Shown piece after piece: positions 57,717-64,000 of a stretch of 64,000 nucleotides of DNA (within the stretch, counting starts at the first letter, position 1; each line of letters begins with the position of its first letter). This stretch comes from Diplonema japonicum (Eukaryota > Protista > Euglenozoa: Diplonemea), in NCBI GenBank assembly GCA_964019335.1, contig OZ025703.1, positions 434,001-498,000 of the forward strand, read 5' to 3'. The position numbers were made by a program, and so were the translations under genes. The notes under the pieces were generated by a model. It did no database searches and was not told the DNA's origin. It saw only the letters and a program-made list of their open reading frames with translations.

Positions 57717-59081
57717 ATGGGCACCATGTCCGAGGACGAGCTGGCTGCCATGTTCAGGGCTGTCAATGGCGGCAAAGCGATTCAGTATGCAGAGGCACGG
57801 CAGCTCTTAGAAAAGGTTAAGCCGGCACACGTGGAATATGCGAGTGACCTTTTTAACATCTCTGATATGGATCACAACAAGCTGATCGACGAGCGTGAAT
57901 TCATCGAAGTGATGGGTGCTGCGCTCGTACGGCTGGGCGCTGTTGTGGACAGCACGATGGGTATCGTGGCTGGCACTGAGCAGCAAAACACAGCAGTTGT
58001 GGTGACAGACGAGCAGCGTGCGATCTACGAGGCGATGTTCCACATCGTTGACACAGACGCGAGCAGCAGCATCACGAAGAACGAGTTCCGTGAAATGATG
58101 TCCATCCTGCTGCCCAATGCCACCGACCAGGACCTACTAGTGGGGTTCATGGCAGCTGACGACGACGGGTCGAAGGACGTGGATGTCACGGAGTTCGTAG
58201 AGTTCATGTCGTCGATAAAGCTGAAGTGCTCTTTGAAGGAAGCGAAGGAGACGCTACACACCAGATATGTGGAGAAGAAAGTGAGACACAGCCAAGCGAT
58301 ATCCAAGTTTTCGGAGCAAAGCGAACCTGCATTGTCGCAAAAGCCTATCGACCGCCTTAGTATTGCATCACGAACCACAGCGCCCACACTGCCCGCGGCG
58401 CCGGAACCGTTGCCCGATCCTGGGATCGTTATCTTGGAGCTGGAATACAACGTCATGCAGGAGGAGGTGCGGCGGAGCGTGATTGTGACGGCAGAAGCTC
58501 AAGCAAGGAAAAGAATCGACTTCGCCATATGGGAGTACACAGAAGAGCACGGCCCTGTGCGCAGAAAGGGTCCTACATCTTACCTAGACAGAATGAACAT
58601 GCAGTGCGTTGAAGCCCACCACAGGATGCGGGTGCAGGACTGGGAGCGGCTTGAGCGTGGCGAGCTCAACCAACGCATGACATTCATGTACCTAGAGAAA
58701 GAAGAGAGGGAGGTGCTTGTTAAGGTGGCTTATCCGAACCTGCATTGGGAACCCGAACCTATCCAGTTTCCTTTGTACAGGACACAGCGCTGGGAACAGG
58801 ACACGTACCCTACGTCGCTCGGAAGACAGTCGCCCCGCTTCTCGCCTTCGTTGGAGGAGACGCCTCCACCCTCTACACCACCCTCGGGTATTAAAATGTC
58901 CCTCCCTCGGTCGCCCTACTCTCCTGTGCCTGGCTCCTGGGATGGGGTGTCAGGCATCACTCAACCAGTTCCCAACCCCCCCGTCCCTCTGCCACCTTAT
59001 ATACAAAGGGAGGCTCTCCCAGACACTCTTATTTCAAATTTAGAGAAAATGTACCAACCAGTAAACCACATAAGGTGGTGA
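57717..59081 (+). CDS. Multi-EF-hand protein with Pro-rich tail
   Basis: Loops DMDHNKLIDERE, DTDASSSITKNE, DDDGSKDVDVTE. Confidence 0.85.
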   Translation: MGTMSEDELAAMFRAVNGGKAIQYAEARQLLEKVKPAHVEYASDLFNISDMDHNKLIDEREFIEVMGAALVRLGAVVDSTMGIVAGTEQQNTAVVVTDEQRAIYEAMFHIVDTDASSSITKNEFREMMSILLPNATDQDLLVGFMAADDDGSKDVDVTEFVEFMSSIKLKCSLKEAKETLHTRYVEKKVRHSQAISKFSEQSEPALSQKPIDRLSIASRTTAPTLPAAPEPLPDPGIVILELEYNVMQEEVRRSVIVTAEAQARKRIDFAIWEYTEEHGPVRRKGPTSYLDRMNMQCVEAHHRMRVQDWERLERGELNQRMTFMYLEKEEREVLVKVAYPNLHWEPEPIQFPLYRTQRWEQDTYPTSLGRQSPRFSPSLEETPPPSTPPSGIKMSLPRSPYSPVPGSWDGVSGITQPVPNPPVPLPPYIQREALPDTLISNLEKMYQPVNHIRW

Positions 59082-59142
59082 CTTGCATTTCTCTTAAAAG
59101 CCTTGTGCGCAACAACCCTAGAAACAGGTGATGAGATGAAGT

Positions 59143-60291
59143 ATGTTGCGTGCAACCCGTGTACTGCAAACTCCCTTGTTTAGAAAAGATGTACAAGCAA
59201 GCTCGAGAGTCAAAGAGCTTGTGAATAGAAAAGGTTTGGGGAAGGGCTCTGTTCTGAGGTTTATCAAAATGGCTGTGGAAGAGGGACACGAGCCGCAGGG
59301 AGTCACCTACAGCTGGTGTATGCAAGTGGAATTTGATAGGCATGGTATTCAAAAGGCTCTGAGGGTTTATGAAGACATGTTGGATAGAGGGGTGCAGCCG
59401 AGCGCTATAAGTTACGAGAAGCTTCTGTCTATGCACAGCAAGCTGAAAGATATCGACACATGCAAAGCCATCATCAGGAGGATGAAGGAGTACAATGTGC
59501 AAATCACGATACGAGCATTGAACAGTCTGCTGAAGTGCATGATGTTGACAAACGACCCTAATACGGAGTCCTTTAGGTACGAGTTGATGAAGGACAAGTT
59601 GGCAGCTACACCCAACAAGTTTACATGGGTACTGCTCGTGCGAGCTTGCAGCAACCTCTACGACGCGGACTACACGTTGGACGTGATGAGAAAAGAGAAT
59701 GCAAAGAAGCGTCCGGAACACCAGGTATTCCCAGATGAGGAAGAGTTGTTGAAGTCGATTCTGCAAGTCTGTCAGAAAGATGAAAAATGGGGTTTAGTCC
59801 GCTGCGAGCAGGAGGTGAGCAAGCTGACGATCAACACGGCCAAGGTCTGGTGTGCCGTCATGATGGTGTACTACAAGGCACGGAAATACAACAAAGTTCA
59901 CAGCACATGGGAGGACATGCTTTCCCGTGCAGTGCAGCCCAATGCCAGCACCCTTCTCGTCCTGCTCAAGAGTTACAAAGCTATTGCTAAGCTACCTTTT
60001 GTATCAGACAAATCATCTACCATCTCTAAGACCCTAGCAGCCCTTAGTGCACATCACGGGAATACTGTCACCGTGCACTGGGAGCACGCACTCGAGATTT
60101 GCACAGCCGGTACACAAGCAGATGTTTTGGATCTACGGCATCTCATGATGTTGGTGAGGAAGGACACTAGAGCGCTTCAGGCAGCTTTCAACGAACACCT
60201 GACAAAGCCCCTTGAGGCGGATGGTGCTGCGTCTCCCTTTTTCGACGCTCCTTATTCTGTGCTCACGCAAATGCCAAAAGAAAATATATAA
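59143..60291 (+). CDS. Pentatricopeptide-repeat protein, likely mitochondrial
   Basis: 35-aa repeats (ALRVYEDMLDRGVQPSAISYEKLL; WEDMLSRAVQPNASTLLVLL); MLRATRVL presequence. Confidence 0.82.
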   Translation: MLRATRVLQTPLFRKDVQASSRVKELVNRKGLGKGSVLRFIKMAVEEGHEPQGVTYSWCMQVEFDRHGIQKALRVYEDMLDRGVQPSAISYEKLLSMHSKLKDIDTCKAIIRRMKEYNVQITIRALNSLLKCMMLTNDPNTESFRYELMKDKLAATPNKFTWVLLVRACSNLYDADYTLDVMRKENAKKRPEHQVFPDEEELLKSILQVCQKDEKWGLVRCEQEVSKLTINTAKVWCAVMMVYYKARKYNKVHSTWEDMLSRAVQPNASTLLVLLKSYKAIAKLPFVSDKSSTISKTLAALSAHHGNTVTVHWEHALEICTAGTQADVLDLRHLMMLVRKDTRALQAAFNEHLTKPLEADGAASPFFDAPYSVLTQMPKENI

Positions 60292-60332
60292 CCCCACCCG
60301 CAGGATTACACTTAAGATAAAGAGGATTACAC

Positions 60333-61631
60333 ATGGGAAACCTTTGCTTGACAAGAGCTGGAAAGAGCGACCTGCGCGACTTGCGCGACTTTGAAGGGAA
60401 ACGCGTTGAGAAGGAGGACGATGAGATTATTAGGTATGTTTTTCTTTCAGAATGAAAAAACGCACGTTGCCACAGTGGGCTTATCTCGCGGCGAAACCCC
60501 TTAGAGGTCTTCACGTTCAAGAGGCGGCTGGGCAAGGGGTGCTTCGGTGAGGTGTGGGAGGCGGTGGACAACAGGGACGATTTCATAGTTGCTATTAAGT
60601 TAGTCAATCTTTTGAACGAAGAGGACAGCAAGCACGTGGTGTACGAAGCTGCTGCGATGCTGCTGTGCCAAAAGCATCCCAACATAGTTGAGGTCTATGG
60701 TCTGTATTCGGACTTTGCTTGGAACCAGCTATGCGTGTTCAACGGCCCAAGGATGTGGATTGTGCAGGAGAACATTGGGAGCACTGAGCCGGCATCACTG
60801 CTGACGCTCCTGACCGACAAGGAAGCCAACAAGATGACCACCTCCGTCGAGGACGTTAATGTATGCCGGCCAACAGGACCCAAAGCATCTACACTCCAGG
60901 CCGTTCTGAAGCAGTGCAGCTCTGCGTTCGCCCACATGCACTCCAAGGGTGTAATCCACAGAGACATCAAGCCCGAGAACATCATGATCGACAGCAACAA
61001 CACAATCAAGGTACGTCTACCCTTCCTTCGTGAGTGAGGTAGCTTGTGGCTCCTCGTCCGTAACGGGAAAAAAATAAATAAAAATAGATTATCGATTTCG
61101 GCAGTGCTCTGATCTTACCAGAGGGAAGTGACTCAGCACCGTGTGCCAGCATTGTGGGCTCATGGCCGTACATCGCACCAGAGGCGTATCAAGGAGAGTA
61201 CTGGAAGCAGGTGTGCTAGATGTTCATGACAAACCGCTTACCTACAGGGTGATGTCTTCAGTCTTGGGTGTGTTGCAGTTGAGTTGTGGCTAGGAAAGGA
61301 CAAAGGCGCTTTGGAGCTGGTTAAGGGAGGTGACGGCGAGACGCCGCTACTTCAAGAAAAGGCGATGGACTTGATGGAGGCAGAGACAGAGGAGGAGAGG
61401 GGACAAGCGATCAGGCAGCTGACCAACTGCATCACTGACGTGCTGCTGAAGGAGGCTGTCGCTCGTTTGACTAAAAAAGCGACGGCGGCAACGCTCGTCA
61501 CCAAAAAGGAGTTTCGTGGACAGGCCAGGCGCTTGAAGGATTTGCTGCTGCTGATGCTTAACAGCAACCACGGGAAGAGGATTACAATGGACGCAGTGGT
61601 ACAGCAGCTGGAGGAAATTACACTTAAATAG
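60333..61631 (+). CDS. Ser/Thr kinase (STE20-like N-lobe), N-terminal MGNLC
   Basis: LGKGCFGEV, VAIK, HRDIKPEN, DFG, APE, DVFSLG after introns 60434-60475, 61011-61087, 61211-61247. Confidence 0.88.
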
Positions 61632-61702
61632 ACTTCAAATTGCGGTTTTCTTTCCTTTTATATTTAGTTCCCATTCCACCTCAACATGGCACCTCCAGGA
61701 GT

Positions 61703-62050
61703 ATGTCGTGTCCTACTGATGACAGGGACATTCATGAACCATCAGAGTCGCTAGTGCTCCACGCGGATGGTGATTTTTCGGAGAAGATGTCTGCCTGTGC
61801 TGCCCGGCCAATAAGAGGTCATACAGATGCTGACAAGTGGGACCAGTTGTACAGTGAAGAACACAACAAGTACTACTGGTACGACACCACGATGAGTCAG
61901 CTGCCTTCGTGGACACTGGAGCAGCCTACACCTCAGATGGTATGGACATACAAATATGTCCAATGACAATAAATACAGGTTCGGACGCGGGGGACTCGTG
62001 GGCAGTACAAAACGGGGCGGTCTTACTCGAATTCCTTTTACGTGACATGA
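61703..62050 (+). CDS. Small WW-domain protein
   Basis: KWDQLYSEEHNKYYWYDTT...SW; intron 61940-61978. Confidence 0.65.
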
Positions 62051-62097
62051 GTCAGGCAGAATAGAGCGGTGTTGTTTTTTTCTTTCTTTTTTTGGGT

Positions 62098-62152
62098 AGA
62101 TAAGTAGAGACAAGGGGACGTTCCAGAACAGGAACCTCTTTTATCTCATCTC
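62098..62152. repeat. Dispersed 55-56 bp repeat, copy 2
   Basis: Same orientation as 12293-12348; 4 substitutions and 1 gap. Confidence 0.85.
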
Positions 62153-62509
62153 TTTTTTTTCCCTTTTGTTTCAAAAGAAGCGCTTTGTGTGTATCCAGCC
62201 GTCATTCATGTTTCCTTGTAGTCCTCGGTGTGAATTCACATTGGGGCGCATCGATTTTTTCCTTTTTTCTTTCCTTTTCTTTTTCTCTTTTCTCTCTGAT
62301 ATGGCGAATTCGACAATAAGTTGTGATCGCCACCTCGGGGGAGAAAAAGGCTGCTGCTTGCGTTATTCTTTAATAGCATGGTGCAAGAATTGCCCTGCTA
62401 TCCTTAGGGTTTGGGTCAACTCGGCCCTTTTGAACATCGTTCCCCCCCTCCCCCCGTTCTTCACCACACCTGTTTTCATCTTCTTCAAGAACGTGAGTGT
62501 CACTACAGT

Positions 62510-63019
62510 ATGAAGAGTAAAAATGAGAGCAAAAAAAAAATAGAAGTGTGTGATGCGTTGCTGGAGAAGAAGAGGTTGGAGCTTCAGCAGGTAATCAACA
62601 AGCTTGAAGGGTGCATGGTGCTCAGGTCCACGACGCGAGAAGTGGACATGGGGATGGGAGAGTACCTGCGATCAGCTGTTGAGGGCGCGAAGAACCATGA
62701 GGCGATGGTTGCTTGCGATGTACAAGAAGAGTACAGCACCGCAGATGAATGGGTGGACGCAGGTAGAGATTGTGAATCCCAACAGCAGCCAGGCCTTATG
62801 ACACCTGCTACAAAGTACCTACACACGACAGCCGATATCCTCTTAACATCTTTGGAGGAACATAAACAAGAGGTTCACACGTTGGTTCGTTCCCGTACCC
62901 CGCCCCCTCCTCCCACCCCGTCCCACCCTCCTGCAAACCCGCCCTTCTATGCCGCCGTCGCACTCTTTGTACAGCTGGCCGTGTCCATTATTGTTTATTA
63001 CCTGTTGCCCTACTTGTAG
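62510..63019 (+). CDS. Coiled-coil, tail-anchored membrane protein
   Basis: N-terminal coiled coil; C-terminal TM FYAAVALFVQLAVSIIVYYLL. Confidence 0.65.
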   Translation: MKSKNESKKKIEVCDALLEKKRLELQQVINKLEGCMVLRSTTREVDMGMGEYLRSAVEGAKNHEAMVACDVQEEYSTADEWVDAGRDCESQQQPGLMTPATKYLHTTADILLTSLEEHKQEVHTLVRSRTPPPPPTPSHPPANPPFYAAVALFVQLAVSIIVYYLLPYL

Positions 63020-63099
63020 TTCCTTTGATATATGTTGCGGGTTTTTATCGTCTTCATTATAAAAAACAAGGCGCTGGGGTGGAAAAAAAAAGGGGGGGA

Positions 63100-64000
63100 A
63101 TGGAAAGGTACGAGAAGGTGAAAGTGGTGGGGAAGGGATCCTTCGGTGCTGCGTGGCTGGTGAAGCGAAAGGCGGACGGGAAGAAGCTCATCGCGAAAGA
63201 AGTGAACATGAGCGGCATGAAGCCGAGGGAGAAGGACGAGGCGCGGAACGAGGTCAAGCTCCTGTCGCAGATACAGCACCCCAACATCACGCAGTACCAT
63301 GAGAGCTTCGAGACCACGTCGTCGCTGTTCATAGTAATGGAGTTTGCGGATGGTGGCGACATGGCAGGGAAGATCAGGGCGCAGAGAGGGATAAGAATGA
63401 AGGAGGCACAGGTCATGAACTACTTTGCGCAGATATGCCTTGCGCTCAACTACCTGCACGAAAGGCACACATTGCACAGGGACTTGAAGAGTCAGAACAT
63501 TTTTCTGACGTCCAATGGAATCGTGAAGCTGGGCGACTTCGGCATTGCAACGGTCCTTCGCAACACAATGGCGCTGGCACACACCATTTGCGGGACGCCA
63601 TATTACTTCAGCCCTGAGCTGTGTCAAAACAAGCCCTACAACAATAAGAGTGACATCTGGGCACTTGGCTGTGTGCTGTACGAGATCACAACCCTCCAAC
63701 ACGCCTTCGAAGGCCAAAACATGAAGATCTTGATGCAGAAGATCATCAAAGGCGTCTACCCACCCATCTCAAATGAGTACTCACGCGACCTGCGAAGCCT
63801 CGTCAGCCGGATGTTGTCGCGAGACCACAAGGACAGGCCCTCCATCAACTCTATCATCAAGACGCCTTACGTTCAAGGCTACATTTGCACGCTTGGGAAG
63901 ATCCTCGATCAGGGCATAGCCGACAGGAAGTCCATGGTAGACGACGAGATGAAGAAGGCTGCAAAGGTGGAAGCAAGAAACAGGATGCTTAGCAATGACA
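63100..64000 (+). CDS. NIMA-related (NEK1/3/5-like) kinase, 3'-truncated by the window edge
   Basis: MERYEKVKVVGKGSFG, HRDLKSQNIFL, KLGDFG, GTPYYFSPELCQNKPYNNKSDIWALG. Absent from the ORF track because there is no stop codon in the window. Confidence 0.93.
   Translation, partial: MERYEKVKVVGKGSFGAAWLVKRKADGKKLIAKEVNMSGMKPREKDEARNEVKLLSQIQHPNITQYHESFETTSSLFIVMEFADGGDMAGKIRAQRGIRMKEAQVMNYFAQICLALNYLHERHTLHRDLKSQNIFLTSNGIVKLGDFGIATVLRNTMALAHTICGTPYYFSPELCQNKPYNNKSDIWALGCVLYEITTLQHAFEGQNMKILMQKIIKGVYPPISNEYSRDLRSLVSRMLSRDHKDRPSINSIIKTPYVQGYICTLGKILDQGIADRKSMVDDEMKKAAKVEARNRMLSND

Noticed and set aside
61676-61689. CCACCTCAACATGG, 13/14 match to the core of the L1Tc/ingi 5' signature as I recall it
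   Set aside because: No P1 helix partner or downstream J4/2-P2 elements; likely chance.
192-64000. Numerous minus-strand ORFs, e.g. 9916-11064, 32089-33105, 63010-63717
   Set aside because: Antisense shadows of GC3-rich + strand genes; Ser/Phe/Leu-rich with no motifs.
1-64000. SL RNA, snRNA, tRNA, rRNA or telomeric repeats
   Set aside because: No TTTCTGTAC-type SL exon core, cloverleaf, rRNA motif or TTAGGG array found by eye; a covariance search could still find divergent RNAs.

Overview
Eukaryotic nuclear DNA, most likely a diplonemid (Euglenozoa). This is an inference from four observations: about 30 protein genes all on the + strand with very short spacers; a DUF1935-like calpain; GTATG/GTGTG 5' splice sites; and an EGF-like 'DEC...GQEC.D...GDWEC.C' surface-protein repeat. 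The ORF track is fragmented because the genes carry many tiny GT-AG introns. I reconstructed 51 by hand (most 31-64 nt, about 75% phase 0, often with no polypyrimidine tract). Recognisable genes: RIC1, a cytosolic sulfotransferase, EF-hand and PDZ proteins, a pseudo-calpain, a DExH helicase, an RNA methyltransferase, a cupin, an STPG-repeat protein, a large protein with a catalytically dead bacterial-type caspase domain plus IQ motif, a multi-C2 membrane protein, TEX261/Svp26, a membrane-anchored phosphatidylserine decarboxylase, a giant GRIP golgin, F-box, PPR and WW proteins, and STE20-like and NEK kinases. Non-coding highlights: two abutting inverted-repeat elements at 45.3-45.8 kb, a 620-nt intron with a possible antisense retroelement relic, a 55-bp dispersed repeat, and two structured islands, one with HDV-ribozyme-like motifs. 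All gene models are manual, with no RNA-seq or database support. No rRNA, tRNA, SL RNA or CRISPR was seen.
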